From Octopus vulgaris (taxonomy: Eukaryota), in assembly GCA_951406725.2 (NCBI GenBank), contig OX597817.1:103168001-103232000 (forward strand): a stretch of DNA of 64,000 bases, in the 5' to 3' direction. How positions within the stretch are numbered: position 1 is the stretch's first letter; the number at the start of each line of letters is the position of its first letter. Made by a program: the position numbers and the translations under genes. Of the stretch, positions 13,783-26,693 are shown piece by piece. Under the pieces are notes generated by a model. That model was not told where the DNA came from. It did not search any database and saw only the letters and a program-made list of their open reading frames with translations.

Positions 13783-14287
13783 GTCAGATCCTTTTCTTTA
13801 ACAAGTTATTTATACTTTTGAACAAAAATAACCCACCAATCATGCTAACATTCAATTTAAAAAGTAATCAATGATGTTTAATTTTATTTTTAATATTATT
13901 TAGCTATTCATGAAAGAAAAATCTAATCTTTTTAGTGCAATTTTAGTGTGTTTTTGGTGAACAAAAATATATTTAAAGATTTTCATATTTTTTTCATCAT
14001 TGTCTTCTCACAGCCTGCTATCATTTGTCCTATCTGTGTGTGTGTGTGAGTGTGTGTGTGTGTGTGGGGAATAATTACTATGAAGCCTTGTGTAGAGTAT
14101 ATTGCATAAAGGATTGAGGGTAAGGCCAAACAATGGGAAGTAAATGCAAGGTAAATCACAAGAAAACAAATATGTGAATTAATGTAGACTTACCTTGTAT
14201 TCACATATTTGTTTTCTTGCGATTTACCTTGCATTTACTTTGCATTGTTTTGACCTTACCCATGATCCTTTATACAATATATATATG

Positions 14288-14332
<45 letters not shown>

Positions 14333-14439
14333 GGTGATTCCTCACCACGAGGGGCTGCATGCACTCCAACATTTCCTTGACCTTTGACCCAACCCCCAAC
14401 CTGATACATCCACACTCCTTCATCTGGCTGAACTGGTCC

Positions 14440-16265
14440 TCTCACTTAACTGCTTCTCATTCGTGGGTAATTTTTACCAGCAGGTCTCGGGAGTGGCCAT
14501 GGGAACAAGAAAGGATCCCAACAATGTGAACCTGTTCATTGGCTATGTTGAGGCCCAGATTTCACTGGTCCCACTCCTGTACTATACAGTCATTATATTG
14601 ATGACTGCATCGGTGTGATCTCACTCTCCCGCGAACATCTAGACTCTTTCCTCTCTTTTGTCAAATCTTTCCATCCTGCCCTCCACTTCTGCACTATCTC
14701 CGACACCTCAGTTGCCTTTCTTGACATTTCGGTCAGCATTCATCGCTCTACTCTCACCACCTCCATCCACTACAAACACACAGACTTACACTCATGCCTC
14801 AACTTCTCCTCCTCCCATCCTAAACATACCAAGCTCTCCATCCCCTTTTCCCAATTCCTCCATCTACACAGGCTCTGCTGTGACAACCATGACTTTAAGA
14901 CTCAGTCTCAACTTATGGCTCGACACTTCATCTTACGTGGATATCCCCTCACCACTATCCACACCGCCCTTGCCAGAGCATGTTCCATGGACCGTGCATC
15001 TGTTCTCTACCCCCGCACCTGCCCTGTTGTCACCCGTCTCCCATTTCCCTTCACCTACCACCCCACCACCTTCTCCAACGCACCATTCTCCAAGCCTTCC
15101 AGCGACTCCAGTCAACCACTGCACATTGCACATCTTCCCTAATCAACTCCTCCCCAATTTCAAACGAGCCCACAACCTACAAGATCTCTTGGTCCACAGC
15201 TCCTTACCTAACCCAACCTCCCAACCTGGCTCATTCCCCTGCTCCCGACCATGTTGCCGCACTTGCCCTTACCTCTCCAGCACCACCCTCCTCACAGGCA
15301 CTCATCATTGACCCTACCATATCACTGACTCCTTCACCTGCACTTCTAGCAACGTCATCTACTGCATCTCCTGCTCTCTCTGTCCTTCTCTATACATCGG
15401 TCAAACGGGATGCATGGCTGACCAGTTCGCAGAACACCTCAAAGACATCTGATTCAGCAATCACACCCCGGTCTTGTTCTATTTCCACTCTACTGGTCAC
15501 TCTTTACAACACCTGTCTGTGTTTGGATTGTCTTTGCACAGGGGCCATCTGGACTCCTGTCTTTGCCGTGAGCAGGGATTAATCTTCTCTCTTTGCTCCT
15601 TTGTGCCACATGGGCTCAACTCTCCTTCCCTCTTCATCTAACTCTCCTTCTCTCTTCCTCTCACACCTACTTCCTCCCACCCACCTCTCCTCTCTTGCTC
15701 TGGCACCTACTTCTTCTCTTCACTCCTACCCACCTCCTCCCTTCCCCCTCTCCCTTCATCATCACCCCTCCTTCATTACCCCATCCCTACACATTCCAAC
15801 CCCACCATCTCTCACTCTTACCTCCCCCACTCTCGACTCCACCACACACCACCACCACACACCACACCACTCTGCACACACTAGCACTGACCACTTCCCA
15901 GTATCTACACCATCATCCACACACCTACACATGCACACAGGCACATGTCAATGTCACCAGCCCCCTTCCACACGTACATACATATGCATGTGCACCTTCG
16001 TTTTCGGATCACCACTACTTTATTATCATCCCTTCTTCTTAGCTCTCCTGTGTGAGCCCTCTGTCTGGCATTCACCATGGTAGATCACTAGCCACTAAAC
16101 CTTTTTCTATTTTCTCTCCCTGTTTATTTCTGTGTACCTTTCTGTCGAAGAGCATAGGCTCGAAGCGTAAAAGACTTTCTCACTTCCTGAGCACTAAACT
16201 AATACATCTGTTTGTTGTTTACACACCCATCTTCGTCCTTTTTTGTTTTTTTTTTGTAAATTCTC
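14440..16265 (+). mobile_element. Penelope-like element (Neptune-type), 5'-truncated and frameshifted
   Basis: RT motifs GVAMGT, YIDD, FLDI and SSHP. Cys linker CSRPCCRTC. GIY-YIG motif NVIYCISCSLCPSLYIGQTG. Pyrimidine-rich 3' tail. Flanked by (TA)n. Confidence 0.85.
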
Positions 16266-17420
16266 ACTATATATATATATATGTATATATACATATACAT
16301 ATATATATATATGCTTCACCACACAGCCACACATAACATTAAATATTGCATCATAAAATATTTGAATATATAAAAGGATAATAGCATGGCAGTTATGGTA
16401 TAATCTGTGCTGTAGAAAAATATCTTTAGTTGTTGATATTGCTGTTTAACCTCTAATCATGGCTGAGAAAACAGCTGTGACCTTTCTCTCTTCTTAGGGG
16501 TATTTAGGACTACTTTATCTAATTTGTCCTTCCTCTTAATTTTTCTATTATGATAGTTGTAGTTTGAAGGAAATTTGTTTGCTATTTTCAGCAGATTGAG
16601 TGACCAGTTAGAGGTTCCTTTGGCCAAATATTTCCAGTTAGATAAAATATGTAAAACTGGTATTTTAGCCTATTGTATTCATACTAATCAACTGTAAAAC
16701 AAAATTCTTAGCAATAATTACTAATTGGAAACACTGGAAATCTAAATTAGGCTATAGAATGGTGACAAGACAAAAAACAGAAAGATAACAAAACCAAAAA
16801 GCCCAATGTTAGTCTACTAAAATACAAAGAATTGGGTTTGTATAACATGGGAAAAAGAACTTTGTGAATAGTTTCTATGTTTAAAAAAAAACAAAACTAC
16901 ATTATTTCTAAAATAATGAATTGCATTTTTGTTTTTAATGTTTCAGTTGATTTAAACACAGATATACTGTTTCCAGTTGTGCATATCACATGTGAAATGC
17001 ACTTGGCTCATTGGTGCAAGGGATTCTGGGACACCAGTGTTTCAACACTTTGTGTCTTGTCAGCCACAAGTACCCACACCTTTGAGCTTAAACAAGCTGC
17101 TGGCTTTGTTTATCATATCAACAAACAAACCATTTGCTGATCAGTGCTTATGTCTGCCAACCAATAAAACAAAAGAAAACAAAGCATTATTTGCATTGTG
17201 TACAGTGCAGTCTGAAATGATGATTTGCATAATTATTCTTTATACATTCTGACAGATTCAATCATTAGTTACTGTTGTGCACAGAGCAAATAATGATTTT
17301 TAATATTATTTCTCTGTTTATTATTTTTTTTCATGTATAAATAATCAAGTTGTTAACAAATGTTTTGAATTAACTTGTCATATGTTGTGATTTTATATTG
17401 CTATATTCTTTATGTTACAG

Positions 17421-17585
17421 GGTCTTCAGCAGTGTCAAGTGAAGATTGTAAATTTGTACAACATATTTGAGATTGAAATGAACCAGAATTATTCTCATCC
17501 AATTGTAACTAAAATTCATCCAATCACTACAGAAATTCTCAACCAGTTGCAGACACATCTTGCTACTGCGTTAGAGAGAATATAG
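17421..17585 (+). CDS. RMI1: RMI1 terminal coding exon
   Basis: TTACAG|GGTCTTCAGCAGTGT... encodes GLQQCQVKIVNLYNIFEIEMNQNYSHPIVTKIHPITTEILNQLQTHLATALERI* (cf. [20 protein letters not shown]). AATAAA at 17646-17651. Confidence 0.88.
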   Translation, partial: GLQQCQVKIVNLYNIFEIEMNQNYSHPIVTKIHPITTEILNQLQTHLATALERI

Positions 17586-17719
17586 ATATTTAGATCTGCA
17601 CATTTTTTATGCTTCATTATCATATCAACTCTTTCAGTTTGCTAAAATAAAGCACCAGCCAATACTGGGGATGAACTAGCTTTGTGCTTCTTGTTGTTGT
17701 TGTTGTCGTCGTTGTCGTT

Positions 17720-17940
17720 AGCTATCAGAATCATTAACAAGCCAGACAAAATGCTTACCAGCATTTCTTCTGGCTTTACATTCTGAGTTCAAATTCCAGT
17801 GAGGTTGACTTTGTCTTTCATCCTTTGAAATCGATAAAATAAATATCAGTTGAGTACTAGGGTTGATGATATTAACTACCTCCTTCCCAACAAAATTTCA
17901 GGCCTTGGGCCTACAGTAGAAAGGATTATTATTATTATTG
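17720..17940 (+). mobile_element. tRNA-derived SINE (family B), decayed
   Basis: TTCTGAGTTCAAATTCC...GACTTTG.CTTTCATCCTTT, as in the intact copy at 46398-46629. Confidence 0.7.
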
Positions 17941-18479
17941 AGTTAGAGAGCAGTGCATGGCATCAAAGTGACACTGGGGTAAAATATACAAAGCCCAGTA
18001 TATACATCATGACTATCTGTATGATAAGGGTACACTAGGCACATGCATCATAACCATATGTGCACGACATGGTGTTCTCATATCAAGATAAACAGTACAT
18101 GACTTTGCAGGTGGGACCCAGTTAGAATTTCCTTCTAGTCGAGTAATCCATCCTGCTTAAAAGGTCCCTGAATAAGGTTTGTTTAAAGATGTTGAATGGC
18201 GCACCCATATTTCCAGAATCCCTCTCAACACATGGCTGTGATGCTCCCCCACTACTTCTGCTCATGATCAGAGATGCACATATCGTCAGCCACTAAGGAA
18301 CATGCTCAACTGGTTAAGGTCAAACAACCGAGAAGCAAATCTGTGGTATTGCAGAATATTTGCTGTAGCCCATCTTTTATACCAAGACAAAACAATGCAC
18401 ATGATAACACTTCCAATCATTTAAGATCAGAAGCCATGAGAGCCACTGCCTGGTACTGCATCAGGGCATTTATTATTAA

Positions 18480-20880
18480 AGCCTGGAAGGATGGGGGTAG
18501 CAGGGAACGGTACCAGGTAGCCAAAAGGGAGGCTGGGCAGCAGGTATACATAGCCAAGAGCGAAACGGAAAAGAAGTTTGCCAATGTCCAGACACGTGAG
18601 GACCAAAGAGCTGAGGTATTTTGGATTGCAAGACAGTGTGTGAGAGAAAATTGCGATGTCACAGGAGAGAAATGTGTTCGAATGGATGATGGGGCACTTG
18701 TTTTAAGTGATTCTGAAAAGAAAGAGGCTTAGAGAAGCCACTATGAAAGACTGCTGAATGTAGAGAATGAATGGGAGGAGGAGAGCCTGCCAAATGTTGA
18801 CCCAGTAGAAGGACCAGCTATCTGTATAGATAGCTCCCTAGTAGTTAAGGCAATTAAGGGAATGAAGTCAGGAAAAGCCCCCGGCCCATCAGGAATCACT
18901 GCTGAGATGCTTAAAACATCTGGTGGTGTGGGCTACGGCCTAGTCACCCGCATTGTAAACCAAGTAGTTCATGATGGAGTCATACCCAATGACTAGCGTA
19001 GCAGCACCATAGTCAATTGCTACAAGGGTAAAGGTGATGCTCTAGATAGAAACAACTACAGGGGTATCAAACTGCTGGATCAGGTAATGAAGGTTACGGA
19101 GAGGGTCATAGCCCAACTAATTAGGGAGAGAGTTAGCCTAGATGAGATGCAGTTTGGTTTTGTGCCTGGCAGAAGAACCACTGATGCCATATTCATAGTC
19201 CGACAACTGCAGGAGAAATACCTAGCCAAAGATAAACCCCTATACTTAGCTTTTGTGAACTTAGAGAAAGCCTTTGACAGGGTCCCCCAATCCCCTATCT
19301 GGTGGGCGATGCGGAAACTGGAGATTGACGAATGGTTAATAAGGGCTGTACAGGCCCTTTACAGAGAGGCTGTTAGTAAGGTTAGGATAGGCAATGAGTA
19401 CAGTGAAGAATTCCAGGTAGAAGTTGGCGTCCACCAAGGCTCAGCCCTCAGCCCCCTTCTATTCATCATAGTCCTCCAGGCAATAACAGAAGAATTTAAG
19501 ACGGGTTGTCCCTGGGAGCTCCTCTATGCTGATGACCTAGCCCTCGTAGCAGAATCACTATCAGAACTAGAAAAGAAATTTCGGTTGTGGAAGCTAGGTT
19601 TAGAATCAAAAGGCCAAAGTTCTAGTAAGTAGGAAGGCAAACTCATCACACACCCCTTCAGGTAGGTGGCCCTGCTTGATCTGTAGAAAAGGTGTAGGTA
19701 GAAACTCCATAAGATGTACCCAGTGTAAGCTATGGACACATAAGAGGTGCAGCAACATCAAAGGAAAATTAACTGAGAAGATAGCTTTCGTGTGCTGCAG
19801 ATGCACAGGGGCAATAGACACCATTGATACTCAGAGAACAGATTCCATTACACTTCTTGGGGAGAAACTAGAAGTAGTTGATAGTTTCTGCTATCTAGGT
19901 GTCAGTAGCAGGGGTGGATGCTCAGAGAGTGTTACCACTAGAATAAGAATAGCCTGGGCAAAGTTTAGGAAGCTTCTTCCCCTACTGGCGACAAAGGGCC
20001 TCTCGCTCAGAGTGAAAGGTAGATTGTATGACGCATGTGTGCAAACTGCCATGCTTCACGGTAGTGAAACATGGGCTGTGACTGTGGAGGACATGCGTAG
20101 GCTTGAAAGAAATGAAACTAGCATGATCCACTGGATGTGTAATGTCAGTGTCCATGCATGACAGAGTGTAAGCGCCCTGAGAGAATTGTTGGGCATAAGA
20201 AGCATCGAATACAGCGTGCAGGAGAGACAATTGAGTTGGTATGGTCATGTACTACGGATGGATGAGGTGAGATGTGTGAAGAAGTGCCACTCCCAAGCTG
20301 TTGAAGGAATCCGGGGTAGAGGTAGACTCAGGAAGACATGGGATGAGGTGGTCAAGCATGGTATTTGTACTCTGAGTCTCACAGAGGCTATGACAAAAGA
20401 CCAAGACCTCTAGAGATATGCTGTGACTTCGAAGACCCGACAAATGAAGTGAGTTCATGGCTCGCAGGATGGCCTGCTGTGCTAACCTTGGATTGTAGAG
20501 TGACCCGTTGTTCTTAAGGAGACCTATTGAGTCAAGTACATCAACATCAAAATAAAAATTCAAATGGAAATTGTAGTTATGTAAAAAGCACCGTCCGAAT
20601 GAGGCAGATGCCAGCGCCGCCTGGCTGGCGTTCGTGTCGGTGAAATGTAAAAGCACCAACCGATCGTGGCCATTCGGCAGCCTGCTCTGGCTCCTGTGCC
20701 GGTGGCACGCAAAAAACACCTACTACACTCACGGAGTGGTTGGTGTTAGGAAGGGCATCCAGCTGTAGAAACACTGCCAGATCAGACTAGAGCCTGGTGC
20801 AGTCTCTATGACTTCCAGACCCTGGTCGAACCGTCCAACCCATGCTAGTGTGGAAAACGGACGTTAAATGATGATGATTA
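18480..20880 (+). mobile_element. RTE-clade LINE, 5'-truncated, with stops and frameshifts
   Basis: GKAPGPSGI, NYRGIKLL, QFGF, FVNLEKAFDRV, GVHQGSALSP and LLYADDL motifs. C-terminal GRGRLRKTW. Ends in a (GAT)n tail. Confidence 0.93.
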
Positions 20881-20896
20881 TTATTATTATTATTAT

Positions 20897-21109
20897 TAAG
20901 ATGGTGAACTGACAGAATTATTACCGTGCCAGACAAAATACTTCACATTTCTTCTGGCTCTGTACATTCTGAGTTCAAATGCTGCTGAAGTCAACTTTGT
21001 CACTCTTTTGGGGTCAATAAAATAAAATACTAGTCATGTACTGGGATTGCTGTAATCAACTTGCTTCTTCCCCTGACATCTCACATCTATTGTGCCTATA
21101 ATAGAAAGA

Positions 21110-21145
<36 letters not shown>

Positions 21146-22085
21146 TTTAATGTCCATTGTCCATGTTGGCATGGCTTGGATGGTTTGACCAGAGCTGACA
21201 AGCTGGGGAGCTGCAACAAACTCCAGTCTGATTTGGCATGGTTTCAGATTTACAGTCATTTGAATGTTGGACAAAATTTTTTGTGGCATTTAGTTACAGC
21301 TCTTTACATTTCAAATTCAAGTCCCATCAGGGTCAATTTTATGCTTCATCCTCCTGGTATTGATAAAGTACCACTCAAGTACTGGGGTTGTTATAATTGA
21401 TTAACTTCTCCCTCCAAAATTTGTATCTTTGTTAGAAATGATTGTCATCCTCATCATCATCATCAAGAGGGTAGTAGATGACAGAATCATAGCACTGAAT
21501 AAAATATTTTGCAATATTAGTTATGCCTTTAAGATGGTGGGCTGGCAGAACTGTTAGCATGCTGAGCAAAATGCTTAGTGGCATTCCGTCTGTCTTGATG
21601 TTCTGGGTTCAAATTTCACCACGGTTGACTTTGCTGTTCATCCTTTCAGAGTCGGCAAAACAAATACTAGTTGAGCACTGGGGTTGATGTAACTGACTTA
21701 ACCCCTCTCTGAAATTGTTGGCCTTACAATTTAAGCCTGTATTAGTTATGTTTATAAAGTTGTGAGCTGACAATGCTCAGTGACATTTTGTCCCTCTTTA
21801 TGCACTGGGTTCAAATTCCATCGAGGTTGACTTTGCCTTTCATCCTTTCAGAGTCAGGACGCTAAACGATGATGATGATTGAGCACAGAGGTCAATGTAA
21901 TTGACTTAACTCCTTGCCTGAAATTGCTGGCCTTGTACAAATATTTGAAATCAATGTTAGTTATGCCTGTTCTGAGTTCAAGTACTGCTGAGATTAACTT
22001 TACCTTACAATCTCTACCAGAATGGTAAAATAGTACCAGTAAAGAAGTTAATTTAATCAGCAGTTTCCTCCAATAAGTTTGCACC
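20897..22085 (+). mobile_element. Cluster of about six decayed family-B SINE copies
   Basis: Repeated GTTCAAAT...GACTTTG..TTCATCC...CTGGGGTTG segments at ~20900, 21250, 21530, 21760 and 21970. Confidence 0.7.
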
Positions 22086-23105
22086 AATGTAAGAAATCCT
22101 TGTTATTGTCATTATTTTTTTTTGTTTTGCTGTTTTACATCCATTTTGAATGAGGTAGCATTTGTTGATGCAATTACTTTCAAAGTGGATTCACCTTTTT
22201 TTTCCCACCATCTAACCAGCTACAGGGAATGGAATGATATTCGTTATATATTTTGTTTCAAGCATCATTTTTAATAAAGAAAATGTTATTCTAAATTTTG
22301 ATTGTTTTAAAAATTAACTGAAACACTGAATGGACTGTGTATTTTATAGTTACAGTTGCAAAAAGTTAAGAAGTTGTATGATTCTAGAAGGCAGTAGTAT
22401 ATGACACTCATTTTTACCTTGTATAGCTCATCATCATCATCATTTCACATCTGTTTTCCATGCTGGCATGAGTTGGATGGTTTGACCAGAGCTGCACAAG
22501 GTTCCAGTCTGATTTGGCATGGTTTCTTTGTTAGGAAGGGCATCCAGTCATAGAAACTGTGCCTAGAGCTATATACCTAATGATAAACAAGCAATAACTG
22601 AACTAATTGCAAACATATATGGAGGCAAATTGTAAAATGCAGTAATATTAATGTTGGTTTAGTGAATTTTCTAATTCTGCATAAATTGCAGAAAAGTCGC
22701 AAGCACTGCTTTGTCTGTGATATAGGAATTTGTTAAAGAGATATCATCTGTTCATTATGCTTCTCTCTTCTAAAGAATGATTGGACTCTCAGATCTAAAA
22801 TATGCATGCATTTTACTTAAAAAGAGATTTTTAGTGGTTTGTTTCATATTTCTTGCTTAAATTAATCCCTGTTCTCACTCATTAATTGCTTCAATCCTTT
22901 AAATCTCTGAACATTTGATACTGAAGTTATGCTTTAGCGCTGTGATCAGCATTTTGTTGGATTTCGACTTGAAATGTCACTAACTGATAATGTATATATT
23001 ACAAAATTATAAAAAAAAACTAGATGAATCACCGCCCTCTGGGTGGTTGATTCAGCTAGTACATATCTAAACTCCTGTTCATAGTTTGAAAGTAAAAAGT
23101 GAAAC

Positions 23106-23483
23106 TTACTCTTTTACTTGTTTCAGTCATTTGACTGTGGCCATGCTGGAGCACCGCCTTTAGTCAAGCAAATCGACCCCAGGACTTATCTTTGTAAGCC
23201 TAGTACTTATTCTATCGGTCTCTTTTGCCGAACCACTAAGTTATGGGGATGTAAACACACCAGCATCAGTTGTCAAGCGATGTTGGGAGACAAATACAGA
23301 CAAACACATACATATATACGACAGGCTTCTTTCAGTTTCTGTCTACCAAATCCACTCACAAGGCTTTGGTCAGCCTGTGGCTATAGTTGAAGACACATGC
23401 CCAAGGTGCCACGCAGTGGGACTGAACTCGGAACCATGTGGTTGGTAAGCAAGCTACTTACCACACAGCCACTCCTACACCTA
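23106..23483 (-). mobile_element. tRNA-derived SINE (family A) inside the Helitron
   Basis: Full-length match to family A. Confidence 0.9.
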
Positions 23484-23519
23484 TAATTTTCTTAAAGAAT
23501 TTCCTTATAGACAACGTTG

Positions 23520-25372
23520 TCAGTGTGGATTCCTTTCATATCCTTATACCCTGAGTCCAAAGCCTATATATGCCCATTGTTCCCAGAACCAAGCAGAGCT
23601 TCCGTTATCTCAGTTCACTTCGGGTTGGTTGTCATAGTGATAAGGTAGTCTGGCTTTCCAGACTCTCTCACCAGAGCCATTCCAGCTTGGAAACACTCCC
23701 TGTAAAACTGAGGAGAACCAGTATGTGATGGTGGAAGAATGATTTTAGACTCTACGTCATTCATGTCACCATTTGCAATAGCATCCAGAAGGCCTTGGTA
23801 CTTTTCAACCTTAAGTTGTTTCTGGTTAGTTTTCAGGAAGTGTAATCGATCTTGCTCTACCTTTGCATATTGATCTACTGCATATTGTTGCATCAGACGT
23901 CTACTTTTCATTATGCCATTGAACTTGTCCTTTCTTACCTGAAGCTGATTAGAATAAAAGTCACATTCAGTGATGTTTTTGCTTTGGTCATTGTCTTTCA
24001 AGAACACATTCCAACCATCTTCCTCATAGGGAAACAAGTACATAATGAAGAGGGCCATAGCTTCTGTGGATTTGACTAATGTAGTCTAACTTCCCATTGC
24101 TCTGTCTCTGTACTGCACAACAACGTCCGCAGGCTTAATGCTTGGATTATAGGTATATCTCACCATGATCACAGCAACTTGTGATGCAGTCGGTGGATTA
24201 TAGGTTCTCTCATGTGACCCAGTAGGAATAAGCCGTTTGTCATGACTTATAAATCACCGGTAGAACATTTTCCTGGTGCAGGGTATTCCTTGATTATATC
24301 AATAGCCTGTTTAAAATTTTGACATATGGATTGTGTAAATGTAGTGCTTTCTGCAAGTCTAGCAGGATGTTCTCATTAAGGTTATTGTCAGCTCCTCTGA
24401 ATGACAACCTGTTTCTCATCTCATTTTCAGTGTCAACGAATTAGAGCTGTGCCTAGACTGGCTTCCTATTTACTGCTGGTAGGAGGCTTCCTATGCAGTA
24501 GTACAACTTTCTTTGAATCTTGAAAGTAGGCATAAAAGTGCTATCACCCTGTGGTCCAACTGGTGGATTATCCAGTCCCAAGCGAAACCATAGCCAGTAA
24601 ATTATCCTAGTCACGAATTTTGATCAGAAACATTTGACCGCATAGACTGACATTATAGTACTTAGCTATTAATTCTGGGGGCTGATTTTTCCTTTGCCAC
24701 AGCAGTGGGTAGTTTTCTCAGCATCCCAAAAGTAAGCTCTGCAGTCAGGGCATGTTCTGTTAAAAATGTTTCCACAGTAGTGCAACATAAGACTTGGGTT
24801 TCGTTCTTTCTCATGAAAATCTGCCACATCGACTTCCATAGCCATTCTCTCAGTGTCAGTTCTTTGCTGATGAAGTCTCGATTGGTATCGTGCCTAGTTG
24901 TTTGCTTTCGCTGCTGAATATGTGGCAGCAACGTATTTTCCCTAGAGTCCTGTTTCCTCAGCCGATCAGTATTTGTCTGTGCTTCTGTTTCTTGTGGCGT
25001 TTCCATTGCACGACTTTTCTGTATTCTCAGCCGATTCACGTTCCTCCGTGCTTCTCTTTTGCCTGTTCTTTCCATTGCATGGGTTTCCTGTGTTGTCATC
25101 TGATTCTCATTCCTCCGTGCTTCTGAATCTTCTGGTCTTTCCATTGCACGGGTTTCCTGTCTCAGCCGATTTGCATTTCTCCGTGCCTCTGTTTCTTCTG
25201 GCGTTTCCATTGCACGGGTTTCTTGCATTCTCCTTCGCTTTATTTCGAGACATTGAGAAGAGCTAAGTCCTTGTCTGTTTTCTTCAATTAGCGTCTGTTG
25301 TCTTTGCTCAGTAATCTTTTGTGAACGGGAATTTTTTCGGGACAGGTTGTTGTCTTTTCTTTTTCTGGGCAT
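23520..25372 (-). pseudogene. Helitron RepHel N-terminal half (STPR-like repeats plus Helitron_like_N/Rep), disrupted
   Basis: ORF 24662-25372 has four ~23-aa RAMETPEETEARRNANRLR repeats. ORF 23615-24058 has QQYAVDQYAKVEQDRL...ILPPSHTGSP...GKPDYLITMTTNPK, the canonical Helitron Rep motifs. Confidence 0.9.
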
Positions 25373-25520
25373 AGTGTACTGATGAAAGCGTGAATATTTA
25401 TGACAATTATTCAGTGAAAATTTTGAGACAATTCAGCTAGTATTTGAGCTAATTTCTCTGAACGGGAAGTTTTCATGGTATTAATTGTAAATATTTACCA
25501 TGTGTATTTATTTACAATTT

Positions 25521-25945
25521 CACTATCCTCGCTAAATACTATCTTAAAGTGCGATTTTTATGTTGTTGAATTGCTGTAAACGAATTCGACCATAAAAATG
25601 TCGGAAATTTAGTATTTTTTAAGGTAATAATAAAATCAATCGAACCTATTTTCATGCAGTTGAATGCGTAAAGTTTCTGAAATTTTCATACTTTTTTACG
25701 TCTGTTATTGCAGGAATTCTATGCATGCGTAAAATATCAGACAACAGTACATTTAATAATATATTCATACACGTAACGACGTAAACAGATATAAAAGTAG
25801 CTCCGACGGCATGAAAATAGATCCGACAAATTTTGTTAATATCTTAAAAAAAACTAAATTTCCAACATTTTTATTGTCAGATTCGTTTAGAGCAATTCAA
25901 TAACATAAAAACGTACTTTAAGATAGTGTTTAGTGAGTATGGTGT
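25521..25945. mobile_element. MITE / foldback with ~140-bp imperfect TIRs
   Basis: CTATCTTAAAGT...CTATTTTCATGC is mirrored by GCATGAAAATAG...ACTTTAAGATAG. Confidence 0.7.
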
Positions 25946-26134
25946 ATTTGTAATTTTCACCGAAGACTAACAGTATCTATTTATTTTTCCAAAATGACAC
26001 CGATAGAAACATTTGAAAGAACGCAACCGGTTAAGAGAGAATGAAGTAAGAGAAGTAGTAAATGTGTGTGTGTGTGTATATGAGAAAGAGAGAGAGAGAG
26101 AGAGAGTTATGAGAGATAATATTGTATCAATACG

Positions 26135-26187
<53 letters not shown>

Positions 26188-26189
<2 letters not shown>

Positions 26190-26693
26190 TAGCAGTATCG
26201 CCCGGCGTTGCTCGGGTTTGTAAGGAAATAACTATATAAGCATTTTTAGAGAGGTACTTCCCTTATAGATGCCAATTCGGGCTTTCTTAGCCATTTCTGT
26301 TTTGGTGTCTTCAAGCCATGAAGTCGTTGTTCTAAAAGAACGCTGGTCTCCTTGACAACGCTTTACGACGTTGATTTCCTTACACTCCCTTCCCCACAGC
26401 TTCACGAGGGAGGGAAGAAGGGGGAGAAGCAAACAGGTGCAGGTGTGACCATGGACGCCAACTCCGCCGCCATCGACACACGAAAAATTATGCATTAAAA
26501 TGGAATAAAAAATGATGTTAAATTTCGTAGACTCATCGTAGACGCGCGCTAATAATAGCCAGACGGGCTCGATATGAATCACGACTATAAGATACCCAAA
26601 TTTGGTTAAACTGCACCGCAAAATGTGGGAGTAGTTAGGAATCTAAATCGAAGGGGACAGACACTCACACAACTACAGTTTTATATATATAGA
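26188..26693 (-). mobile_element. Short non-autonomous Helitron
   Basis: Minus strand starts TCTATATATATAAAACTG... and ends with the hairpin ACCCGAGCAACGCCGGGC and a CTAG-like terminus. Confidence 0.7.

Noticed and set aside
15593-16083. Pro/His/Ser-rich ORFs (also 5306-5874)
   Set aside because: Low-complexity pyrimidine-rich retroelement tails with no domain signal.
17941-18478. ~530-bp segment between the SINE and the RTE LINE, contributing to ORF 18274-18732
   Set aside because: Probably another interspersed repeat. It is single-copy within this window and unclassifiable by eye, and the ORF is a chance fusion with the LINE frame.
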